Part shown: positions 30,266 through 38,561 of the stretch, one piece after another | Layout: the number at the start of each line of letters is the position of its first letter | Position numbering within the stretch: the stretch's first letter is position 1 | Program-made: the position numbers and the translations under genes | Assembly (NCBI GenBank): GCA_040754655.1 | Contig: JBFMCE010000028.1 | Location: forward strand, 1-41,336 | Length of the DNA: 41,336 nucleotides | DNA from: Bdellovibrionota bacterium | Lineage (GTDB): Bacteria; Bdellovibrionota; UBA1018; UBA923 | Direction of reading: 5' to 3' | Notes under the pieces: generated by a model | What the model was told of the DNA's origin: nothing | The model's database searches: none | The model's input: the letters and a program-made list of their open reading frames with translations, nothing else

Positions 30266-31975
30266 TCAGTATCCTTGCTCTCCGGTAGCCCCGAGAGCTT
30301 CTTTTTGTTCTTCGTTCTTCTTGAAGGTGAAGTCCGCTTTCTGCATGGCTTTCTCAAAAATGCTCAATGCATAGTCGAGGTCCGAGATCGTGTGAGTCGC
30401 CATCACAGTGAATCGAAATCTGCAGGTCTTTCGACTTACGGCCGGAAAAACAATGGGCACTACGAATACGCCGTTGTCGATGAGTACCTGGTTCATTTGG
30501 CCAAGCTTCTTCTCATCTCCGATCACCACGGGTACCACGGTGCTCTCGTGTTCAGGGTTGAGTGGGGCGCCCAATGAGCGAAGCCCATTCACGAAATGGC
30601 GGATGTTTCTTCTCACGTTGGTGAGCAAGGTTTTGTCTGAAGTGAAGATTTGAAGCGCTTTTAAGGCAGCAGCTGCAGTCGATGGGGGAATTGAAACCGA
30701 GAACATATGCGCTCTCGACAACCAATAGAGCCAGTCCATCACGTCAGAGTTGCCGGCGATGAATCCGCCGATGCCCCCGCAAATCTTAGAGAACGTGCCC
30801 ATGATGACATCGACGTCGCTGATCACCCCAAACTTCTCGCATCCGCCGAGCCCATTTGGGCCGATGACGCCAAGTGAGTGCGCCTCATCGACAAAAGTGC
30901 GGGCATTGTATTTTTTCGCGATTTCCACGATCTTTTTGAGCGGCGGAACGTCTCCATCCATCGAGAAAATGCCTTCGGTGATGACCAAGGCGCCCGCGTA
31001 CTGGTTTCGTTGGTCGCTTAAGATCTTTTCAAGGTGTTTAGGGTCATTATGTTTGAAGAACCTGCTGGTAGCGCTCGACATCCGCATTCCATCTTGAAGC
31101 GAGGCATGGGCCAAAATGTCTGCCACGATGAGGTCTTGGGCGGTCGTGATGCCTTGTACAAAGCCCACATTCGCGGTGTAGCCTGAATTGTAGAGAATGA
31201 CTTTTTCCTTGCCGTAGAGTTTCGCCAGAAAACCGCAAAGTTCTTCATGAGCGGCTGAAATACCGGTGGTCAAGGGAGAGCCCGTCGATCCAAAACCATA
31301 TTGATCGATCGCGTTTCTCGCCGCTGCGATCACCTCAGGATGGCTTGCCAGGCCAAGATAGTCGTTTGAGCCCATCACGAGGTAGTCATTTCTTCCGTTC
31401 GGGCGTGAACGAGTCAGGTTGACTCTGGCTCCCATCGAAGGCGTGCGCACCGTGTGGTACTGGTACTTGGGCATCTTTTCCCACTGGTTGAAGTAGATCG
31501 AAAACTGTTTGCACTTCGCGAAGAGATCGACGTTGGTTTGATTGGTCTCGGTGAAGTTCGCGATCGAAAATTTATCCGGATTGAGTTCAAATCCGTAAGG
31601 AGTGACCGCGGCCTCATCGCGAGGCGTCTCAAGATAGCGGGCCAAGGGGCCATCGATAGGCGTCTTGGAATCGACGAGCGAAAAACCCAGCGTGGTTTTT
31701 TCGTCTTTCTTCACAAAGTTTCTTATGACCAAACGCCCTAAGGCGTATTCATGGCCTTCCCAAATGATCTTCGCCGCGGGGAGGATGTCGCCAATGTCGA
31801 ATTGCTCATCGTTTGAAAGGGGCTGGCTTGCGTATCCTGCGATGCCCGTGAGTGAGCAGTTCTCGGGAATGAGTGTGTACTGGGATCCGATCTTCGTTTC
31901 GATGACGAATTTGACCGGGGAATCTTTTGAAAAGTTGAAACGTTTGTGCCGAATCGCTCTTGTGATCTCTGCCAT
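30266..31975 (-). CDS. PLP-dependent alpha-oxoamine synthase family enzyme (BioF/KBL/SPT/CqsA superfamily) with N-terminal PilZ-like extension
   Basis: SNDYLGL, SGYTAN, HASLQDG, FKHND, EGIFSMDGD, DEAH, GTFSK (PLP Lys); about 170 extra N-terminal residues containing IRHKRF and NCSLTG. Confidence 0.88.
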   Translation of the reverse strand: MAEITRAIRHKRFNFSKDSPVKFVIETKIGSQYTLIPENCSLTGIAGYASQPLSNDEQFDIGDILPAAKIIWEGHEYALGRLVIRNFVKKDEKTTLGFSLVDSKTPIDGPLARYLETPRDEAAVTPYGFELNPDKFSIANFTETNQTNVDLFAKCKQFSIYFNQWEKMPKYQYHTVRTPSMGARVNLTRSRPNGRNDYLVMGSNDYLGLASHPEVIAAARNAIDQYGFGSTGSPLTTGISAAHEELCGFLAKLYGKEKVILYNSGYTANVGFVQGITTAQDLIVADILAHASLQDGMRMSSATSRFFKHNDPKHLEKILSDQRNQYAGALVITEGIFSMDGDVPPLKKIVEIAKKYNARTFVDEAHSLGVIGPNGLGGCEKFGVISDVDVIMGTFSKICGGIGGFIAGNSDVMDWLYWLSRAHMFSVSIPPSTAAAALKALQIFTSDKTLLTNVRRNIRHFVNGLRSLGAPLNPEHESTVVPVVIGDEKKLGQMNQVLIDNGVFVVPIVFPAVSRKTCRFRFTVMATHTISDLDYALSIFEKAMQKADFTFKKNEEQKEALGATGEQGY

Positions 31976-32061
31976 GACTTGCTCGTCTCTTTCTCCGCGG
32001 TTCTTAAGCGGAAGTTGCCCTTATGTTTAAAGTTCAAATGATTTGTAGGCTTCCGATACAA

Positions 32062-32088
32062 TTATCGGAATTTTGCATAAGAACTTTA
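32062..32088 (-). promoter_or_regulatory. Sigma28 (FliA)-like promoter for the synthase operon
   Basis: Minus strand TAAAGTTC-N11-TCCGATAA versus consensus TAAAGTTT-N11-GCCGATAA. Confidence 0.6.
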
Positions 32089-32169
32089 ACGCGCAGGGAT
32101 AAGGCGACGGAACATAGCAAAAGAACTATGTGTTTTTAAGCGATAAGAACATAAAATCTCTCAAAAAAG

Positions 32170-33192
32170 TTACATCACGGTTACTTGTCTTAAAAGGTCA
32201 ATATCATCAAGTACTTTCCCCGCTCCCCGAACAACGCAAGTCAGAGGGTCTTCGGCAATCGAAACAGGCAAGCCCGTTTTTTCTTTGATCAAGACATCGA
32301 GATTCGCAAGCAGGGCGCCTCCGCCGGTGAGAATGATGCCGTTATCCACCACGTCAGCGGCAAGCTCTGGCGGTGTGCGTTCAAGCACGCTTTTGATGGC
32401 ATCAACGATCAACGCAAGAGATTCAGAGAGCGCATCACGAATCTCTTCTGAGTTCACTTCGATGGTTTTTGGGGCGCCAAGCACTAGATCGCGTCCTTTG
32501 ACGATGAATGTCTTTTCTTCTTCAAACGGGTAAGCATTGCCGATGGTGAGTTTGATCTGTTCAGCCGTGCGCTCGCCGATGAGAAGGGAATATTTGCGCT
32601 TGATGTAGCTTACGATCGCCTCATCGAACTTATCACCTGCGACACGAAGCGATTTCGAATGCACGATGCCGCCAAGGCTGATGATCGCAACTTCGGTCGT
32701 GCCACCGCCGATATCGACCACCATGTTTCCGGTGGGTTCGGTGATGGGCAAGCCTGACCCGATTGCCGCGGCCATGGGCTCTTCGATCAAATAAACTTCT
32801 CTTGCTCCGGCGGACTGAGCTGATTCCTTTACCGCGCGTTTCTCGACGGGCGTTACGCCGTAAGGAATGCAGATCACGATTCTCGGGCGCATGAAACGGT
32901 CGTTGGCTTTGTTGATGAAGTATTTGAGCATGGTCTGGGTCGTCTCGAAATCGGCAATCACACCGTCTTTCATCGGACGCACTGCTGTGATGTTGCGGGG
33001 GGTTCGGCCGAGCATTTCTTTGGCCTCGGTACCAACGGCCAGGATCGAAGTTTCACCGCGAGAGTTGTTGTGCATCGCCACCACGGAACGTTCGTTGACG
33101 ATGATGCCCTTGTCTCGACTGAAGACCAAGGTGTTTGCGGTTCCAAGGTCAATGGCAAGGTCTTTTGAAAACCAGTTCATGATTCGTTTCAC
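32170..33192 (-). CDS. mreB: Rod shape-determining protein MreB
   Basis: [49 protein letters not shown]. Confidence 0.96.
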   Translation of the reverse strand: MKRIMNWFSKDLAIDLGTANTLVFSRDKGIIVNERSVVAMHNNSRGETSILAVGTEAKEMLGRTPRNITAVRPMKDGVIADFETTQTMLKYFINKANDRFMRPRIVICIPYGVTPVEKRAVKESAQSAGAREVYLIEEPMAAAIGSGLPITEPTGNMVVDIGGGTTEVAIISLGGIVHSKSLRVAGDKFDEAIVSYIKRKYSLLIGERTAEQIKLTIGNAYPFEEEKTFIVKGRDLVLGAPKTIEVNSEEIRDALSESLALIVDAIKSVLERTPPELAADVVDNGIILTGGGALLANLDVLIKEKTGLPVSIAEDPLTCVVRGAGKVLDDIDLLRQVTVM

Positions 33193-33511
33193 GTGAATTT
33201 GCTCCCGGGTGGTGGTTTCGAAAATGTTTTTATAAAAGAGAACTTCACCTGACTGTTAAGCAATTCTACTGCCAAGTTTTTTTAACGTTTCTGTAGTGAG
33301 AGCCCTGCGGTTTTAAGAAGGGAGTGCAGAATTTGCCGACACTTCAGGAGGGTGCGACGTAGGGTTTTTAGACGTTTTCGTGGGAAGGAAGACCTGAGAA
33401 GTGTTACGGTCGAGGCACATAAAAGACGTCGGATTGCTTCATGTTTTTGGCAAAAACCCCGACTAGCCATCTCTGGTAGATATCAGTATAATGAGGAAGA
33501 AGAGGTGCTTG

Positions 33512-33631
33512 ATGTTCGGAAAAAAAATGGCGGGAAAACACTACTGTATCGTCTGTACGATCGCTGCGGGGCTTCTCGCCGTGCTTTGTCTGACCTTGGG
33601 GTCAAACGTTCCTACCGGTCTTTTGGGTTAA
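33512..33631 (+). CDS. 39-aa small membrane protein, below the ORF-track cutoff
   Basis: MFGKKMAGKHYCIVCTIAAGLLAVLCLTLGSNVPTGLLG; RBS AGAGGT; TAGCCA-N17-TATAAT upstream. Confidence 0.45.
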   Translation: MFGKKMAGKHYCIVCTIAAGLLAVLCLTLGSNVPTGLLG

Positions 33632-33688
33632 TTCTCGTGTCTAGCGCGTTTTAAACCTTTTTAATCAAAGGCCCGAAAAGAGAAGAGT

Positions 33689-34144
33689 ATGTTTCGGGCA
33701 TATCTCAGGGCTTTCAAACTCAAGAGCGCATTTGTCGTGGCGGTGGTCAATCTTGGGCTCATCTTTGCGATTTATGGGTTCGCAACGGTACCTAAACCCC
33801 AAGGTTTTGAGCCAAGCCATTGGTTTTTACTGGTAGGCATCTGCGGTATTTATGGCGGAATTTTTCTTGGACTCTTTTTTGTTCTCTGGCCGCTTGTTTC
33901 AATGGCTCTTAAGATCAGGCAGATCTTGCGTTGGCGCGAGTGGATTTTAAAAGAGCTTCCAACGATTCTTGCCCTGATTCCCACTGTGGTTGAGTCTTTG
34001 CGCAAAGCTTTTCAAGGCGATCTTTCAGGTGCGGCAAGTCAGATGAGTCGCGCTGCTTCTGGGCACCCGCAAGGGAAAGGGGAATCACCCGTGACGTCTT
34101 CTTCTCAAGAAGGCCGCGACGACGATGAGAAGCAGGCCGCTTGA
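33689..34144 (+). CDS. Membrane hypothetical protein with 2 TM helices
   Basis: Two hydrophobic segments and a low-complexity tail. Confidence 0.7.
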   Translation: MFRAYLRAFKLKSAFVVAVVNLGLIFAIYGFATVPKPQGFEPSHWFLLVGICGIYGGIFLGLFFVLWPLVSMALKIRQILRWREWILKELPTILALIPTVVESLRKAFQGDLSGAASQMSRAASGHPQGKGESPVTSSSQEGRDDDEKQAA

Positions 34145-34183
34145 AGTTTGGTTCTTGGCAATTTTTAAGGAGGCGTGAATTCC

Positions 34184-34498
34184 ATGTCTGACGATTTGCA
34201 ACTCGATGCCCATCTTTTTATTTGCACCAACAAAAAAGAAAAAGGCGAGTGCTGCGCGCTGAAAGGGTCAGAAGCTCTTCGCGATGAATTGAAAAAACGC
34301 AGCAAAGACCCGTCACGTGGATGGGCCGGCAAGGTGCGAGTGAACGCGTCGGGTTGCTTAGGACATTGTAAGGAAGGCATTACGGCGGTTTTGTATCCTG
34401 AAGGAAAGTGGTTCACCCATCTCACGGTAGATAGCGCGGACGAGCTTGAAAGATCTGTGGTTGCGGCATTGGAAAATACAAATAAAGAAGACAATTGA
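34184..34498 (+). CDS. Thioredoxin-like [2Fe-2S] ferredoxin
   Basis: HLFICTN...CC...RVNASGCLGHC...VLYPEGKWF; RBS AAGGAGG. Confidence 0.9.
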   Translation: MSDDLQLDAHLFICTNKKEKGECCALKGSEALRDELKKRSKDPSRGWAGKVRVNASGCLGHCKEGITAVLYPEGKWFTHLTVDSADELERSVVAALENTNKEDN

Positions 34499-34625
34499 GA
34501 CCGTCCGTTGAGCGAGAAACCGTTTGTTCTCGCGCCTAGTCCCTCAGCCCTTTCAATTCTTGCAAAGACGGTATTGTGTGGGTAGTGCTCATGTGAAAAT
34601 TTAAACTTCGCAAGGAGCCGTCTCT

Positions 34626-35429
34626 ATGAGCTTTCTCAAACCATTGGACATAGTTGCTTTTATTTTAACATGGGTACTTCCAGTTGCCGTGCATGCTGAC
34701 CCATCTGATTTGATTCCAGGTTCAATTGGAGATGAGAAACAACTGGGCGAACTTTACGAAGTGGTCAGAAAAGAGCTTAGGAGCGGAAGGCCAGACGCTG
34801 AATCCATTCAAATCTTAAATCAAGCGCTTAAGGAGCGTGGGCTCCCCCAGATTGAAACCGGTTCTAAAGATTTTAGTTTGAGTCCCGCGCTTATGGTGGG
34901 TTTTGCGTCTAGCGACATTGTCGGGGTTGAGATTCGAGACGGACGACACTTATTTTGCCTTCCATGCAGGGTAGGCCATAATGAATTTAGAAGAGGCCTT
35001 CTTCCATGGGCGAAATCCGAGCGAGATCCTAAGGGGCCTTATTTCGCATTGATCAATAAAGTTGCTGCAATGGAACGGTACGGCAGAAACGGTACGACCA
35101 ATTCAAAGGTATGGCCTGATCCAAGGCGTGTTTTCTTCGTAGTGAATGAAAAAGCAGATCAAGGCGTAATGGTTTTTACAGACTCAGGCATTGAGTTTTT
35201 CGAAGTGGCATTGTCGATCAAGTCTTACTTTGAATTTCACGTGCTTCAACCCACTCAAGGCAAGGCGTTTGGAGTTGTGATCCGAAGAGATATTAACGAC
35301 GAAACAGTCTTTAGTGTTGAACAAGATTGGCCTGACCGTTTCAGCGCGGATGATGCAACGAAGGCGGTGAAACCCAAGAAAACCGAAGGCTCTCTGGTGA
35401 CAAAAGCAATTAAAGCTCTTTTGCAGTAG
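34626..35429 (+). CDS. Secreted hypothetical protein
   Basis: RBS AAGGAG; signal peptide VHA-D. Confidence 0.7.
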   Translation: MSFLKPLDIVAFILTWVLPVAVHADPSDLIPGSIGDEKQLGELYEVVRKELRSGRPDAESIQILNQALKERGLPQIETGSKDFSLSPALMVGFASSDIVGVEIRDGRHLFCLPCRVGHNEFRRGLLPWAKSERDPKGPYFALINKVAAMERYGRNGTTNSKVWPDPRRVFFVVNEKADQGVMVFTDSGIEFFEVALSIKSYFEFHVLQPTQGKAFGVVIRRDINDETVFSVEQDWPDRFSADDATKAVKPKKTEGSLVTKAIKALLQ

Positions 35430-35727
35430 AGCGTCTCCACAGTTCGCCCTTGAGCATTTTCGCATACATCCGAAAATCTGCACGCAGTGACCAGAGCGGG
35501 TGGGCAAAGGTAGCGGGGCGGTTCTTTTGAAAGGCAAAGTGGCCGATCCACGCGAAGCCATAACCAAAGATCAAGGCAAACAAGACCATCTTTGCGCCAA
35601 AAAATGGGGCGGTGAGCAAGCAAGAAAGAGCGAGGCTCGTTCCTGCGAAGTGAAACCGTCTGCACATCGGATTTGAGTGTTCGGCAAGATAGAAGGGCCA
35701 GAACTCTTCAAAGTTTTGGAATTTCAT
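35410..35727 (-). CDS. DUF962/Mpo1-like membrane protein
   Basis: FEEFWPFYLAEHS...RRFHFAG...GYGFAWIGH...KNRPATF. Confidence 0.9.
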   Translation of the reverse strand: MKFQNFEEFWPFYLAEHSNPMCRRFHFAGTSLALSCLLTAPFFGAKMVLFALIFGYGFAWIGHFAFQKNRPATFAHPLWSLRADFRMYAKMLKGELWRRSTAKEL

Positions 35728-35851
35728 AGCATCTTTCTTTAACGGACTTGTCGTAAATTGGCGCAAGAATTCTTTGGAGCGCGTGGCGAAAGTAATCTTG
35801 CGTCCAAAAGCAGTTGCAGACGATACGCGAAGAATGATTTATGGATAGAAC

Positions 35852-36217
35852 ATGATGAAACTGATCCGGCAAATTCTAGGAAAAATTATTTTATTGCTCG
35901 ACCGTTTGTTCTCGCCAAAACCCATTGAACGTTCTCCTGAAGAACAAATCAAAGTTGATCGACTCACTTCAAATCTCGTGGTCTATCAATTTGAAGCCTG
36001 TCCGTTCTGCGTAAAAGTCAGGCGCGCCATTAAGAAGCTAGGTCTTAAGATCGAATTGCGCGATGTTCTGAACGAACCTAAGTACGAAGAAGAGCTCATG
36101 CAGGGCGGAAAAGAGTATCAAGTGCCCTGTCTTCGCGTCACGCATGACGATGGCCGTGTGCAATGGATGTATGAATCTTCTGACATCATTGACTATCTCA
36201 ACAAGAGATTCGCCTGA
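35852..36217 (+). CDS. Glutaredoxin-like protein
   Basis: CPFC, QVPCL, YESSDII. Confidence 0.9.
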   Translation: MMKLIRQILGKIILLLDRLFSPKPIERSPEEQIKVDRLTSNLVVYQFEACPFCVKVRRAIKKLGLKIELRDVLNEPKYEEELMQGGKEYQVPCLRVTHDDGRVQWMYESSDIIDYLNKRFA

Positions 36218-36295
36218 CTCCCGGCAAGCTAGCTTGACATTGCTGAACGCGATGCATAGAGAACCCTTGGGATTATACAAGGGGGTTCTTAAGTC

Positions 36296-37072
36296 GTGAA
36301 AAAGCTCATTCTTATTTTAAGTTTTACGCAGTTTCTTTTGTTCTCATGGCTTGCAGTTGCAGCACCAAAGCTGCCGGCGATTGACAAGGTTTGGGAAGAG
36401 ATCTCAAACGATGATGGAATCTTGATCCATCGAAAAGAAGTGCCCGACAGTTCTTTGGTGGCCTTTCGAGGCGAAGCGATGGTGGACGCCTCGCTTGCGA
36501 AAGTGTCGAATATCTTGATCGATACCTCTCGAAAGAAAGAATGGGTCGCTCGCATAGAAGAGGCGAAAAACGTTCGCGAGATCAGCTTGTTTGAACGGAT
36601 TGAATACAACCACACGGCATCAGGTTTTTTCGCGGTCAGAGACCGAGACTTCGTTTTCAATGCCAAGGGCGAATTTGATAAGGCCAATAGGCGAGCTACT
36701 TTCCGGTTAAAATCGGTTGAAGATCCTTTGATGCCAGAGACCGATAAGGTTCGCGGCTGGCTCAACGAGAGTGCCTATATCTTGACCGAGGTTGAGCCGG
36801 GCAAGAAAACCCATGTCGTCGTTGAAATTCATGCCGACCCTCGGGGATCAGTGCCGAAGTGGCTAGTGAATCTTTTCCAAAAGAGTTGGCCGCGCCGAAC
36901 GCTGGAAGGGATCAGAACGCAAGCTGCAAAGCCCGACGTTACTGAACATGCCGGTGTGAAGGCTGTGTTTCAAGAAGAGCCCGCATTGGCTCAGCCTGCT
37001 GTTTTGTCGGCGCCACTTAAGAAGATTTCTGCTACCGGCCAGAAGAAGGCCGTCAAAAAGGCAAAACGTTAA
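36296..37072 (+). CDS. Exported START-domain (lipid-binding) protein
   Basis: Signal peptide; W...DGI, RDRDFV, HADPRGSVPKWLVN. Confidence 0.85.
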   Translation: MKKLILILSFTQFLLFSWLAVAAPKLPAIDKVWEEISNDDGILIHRKEVPDSSLVAFRGEAMVDASLAKVSNILIDTSRKKEWVARIEEAKNVREISLFERIEYNHTASGFFAVRDRDFVFNAKGEFDKANRRATFRLKSVEDPLMPETDKVRGWLNESAYILTEVEPGKKTHVVVEIHADPRGSVPKWLVNLFQKSWPRRTLEGIRTQAAKPDVTEHAGVKAVFQEEPALAQPAVLSAPLKKISATGQKKAVKKAKR

Positions 37073-37113
37073 GAATGCGCAAAGCAATTCAACTCTGTGA
37101 CTGACGGGTTCAA

Positions 37114-37944
37114 TTACTTTAGAAGTGCCGCAGTGACTTGATTTGCCAAGGCCGCGATGGGAAGCGGTTTCTCAAAGACCGTGAATCCCTGAGCGGCCTT
37201 TAGCTTATAAAGAATGCCCACTGTTCCAGATTCATAGCGGGAAGGGTCGAACACAACGACGGTAAAAGGTGGTCTGAAGGTCTTGTTCAGCCTTTTTAAC
37301 ATTTCAAGCCAGTCGCCAGGCTTAAAATGGTCAAGATCAATCACCAGAACCTTGGGTTTTGCCAGGCCCTGGGTAATGTCGGTGAAGCTCAAGTGTTCGA
37401 TATGGATGCGATGGACGAATGAAATACTCTCCTTCAACAGTCGAAGCAAATAAGGGTCGGCTGTGATCACCCCTATGGGTGCGATGCCAGAGCGCCGTTT
37501 CCTTAACGTGAGCGGGAGCCGCCTTTCAGCGGCCCATTTGGTGTTTCGAACCAGGTTTACAAACAGGTCCCGCATCGAGATGACGCCCACCAGACGGTAT
37601 TTCACCTTCGCATCAGACACCACCACAGGAAGGTGCCTGAACCCGAACTTCACCATCACTTCGGCGGCTTGATCAAGCTTGCTCAGTTCAAGCACACGAA
37701 TGGGTTGCGACATGACCGTGCGAACAGGCTTGCTCCAGAACTTTCCTTGGTCGATCAAGTCGATTTTTTGAAGCAAGTCTCGTTCGGTGAAAATGCCAAT
37801 CAGCTGCTGGCTCGCCGTATCGCTGATGATCAAGATCGAGCCCACCCGGTTCTTTTGCATCAACCGCACGCATTCGCGAATCGGGGTATCGGCCCTTGTG
37901 ACGATCGCCGGAGACGGATGAATCCTTGAGCGGGAGCCTGCCAT
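37114..37944 (-). CDS. CBS-pair protein with C-terminal degenerate receiver-like domain
   Basis: VGSILI, GIFTERDL, FRHLPV, GVISMRDL; C-terminal VLVID...FEKP. Confidence 0.8.
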   Translation of the reverse strand: MAGSRSRIHPSPAIVTRADTPIRECVRLMQKNRVGSILIISDTASQQLIGIFTERDLLQKIDLIDQGKFWSKPVRTVMSQPIRVLELSKLDQAAEVMVKFGFRHLPVVVSDAKVKYRLVGVISMRDLFVNLVRNTKWAAERRLPLTLRKRRSGIAPIGVITADPYLLRLLKESISFVHRIHIEHLSFTDITQGLAKPKVLVIDLDHFKPGDWLEMLKRLNKTFRPPFTVVVFDPSRYESGTVGILYKLKAAQGFTVFEKPLPIAALANQVTAALLK

Positions 37945-38351
37945 TACTTTACTTCTAAAAGTTCAACTTCAAAAATCAACGTTGAGTTCGGCGGAATGAC
38001 CGAACCCGCGCCCTGTTCACCGTATCCAAGTTCCGGAGGAATGGTGAGCTTGCGTTTGCCGCCAGCCTTCATCCCCATCACTCCTTTTTCCCAACCTTGA
38101 ATGACTTGGCCTTGACCCAAGATAAACGAGAAGGGTTGTCCCCGATCAACTGAAGAATCAAACTTCGTATTATTAGTGAGCCATCCGGTATAGTGCACTC
38201 GCACTGTCTTTCCCGTGGTCGCCTCCGCCCCCGAGCCTACTTTAAGGTCTTCCGTCTTGAATTCACCCTTCTTGGTGCAAGAGAAGAGACCCAGCAAGAA
38301 GAGCACGAAGAGACCGCCTGCGAGAAATCGATTTGTTGTGGATTTAATCAT
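37944..38351 (-). CDS. FKBP-type peptidyl-prolyl isomerase, lipoprotein
   Basis: VHYTGWL, FDSS, VIQGW, IPPELGYG, IPPNSTLIFEVELL; lipobox LFSC. Confidence 0.95.
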   Translation of the reverse strand: MIKSTTNRFLAGGLFVLFLLGLFSCTKKGEFKTEDLKVGSGAEATTGKTVRVHYTGWLTNNTKFDSSVDRGQPFSFILGQGQVIQGWEKGVMGMKAGGKRKLTIPPELGYGEQGAGSVIPPNSTLIFEVELLEVK

Positions 38352-38508
38352 ATTGAAAAAGTTTTGTTGAAGACCGGATTTTTGTCAAGAAATCAGAACG
38401 GTTAGGTGGGACTTGTTCTTTTTTTTGCGCATAGCGCTAAGTTAGACTGAACATCAACCTAAACCACGGCTTTAGGACCGGTTCGGTAGCTTTTCTCTGC
38501 GGTTCATC

Positions 38509-38550
38509 CAAGCGCCCGCGGGTCTAAGGTTTTAGAACCGCGAGCGCTTG
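38509..38550. terminator. Long GC-rich hairpin just 3' of the carboxypeptidase gene
   Basis: CAAGCGC-C-CGCGG-G-TCTAA-GGTT-TTAGA-A-CCGCG-A-GCGCTTG; no U-tract. Confidence 0.4.
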
Positions 38551-38561
38551 CATCATAAAGG

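Noticed and set aside
30266..31975. Naming the synthase bioF, kbl, spt or cqsA
   Set aside because: The motifs are shared across the family, and the context and extra domain fit none cleanly; a phylogeny is needed
33352..33654. 100-aa ORF from the track
   Set aside because: Arg-rich non-protein-like composition, and it spans a likely promoter; the 33512-33631 frame has better signals
36225..36288. Palindrome CAAGCTAGCTTG overlapping TTGACA, plus a nearby hairpin
   Set aside because: No convincing -10 box or U-tract, so no function can be supported
38500..38555. c-di-GMP-I riboswitch suggested by GGGTCTAAGG
   Set aside because: The GAAA-tetraloop stem and GCAAA elements are absent, and no gene start lies downstream on that strand
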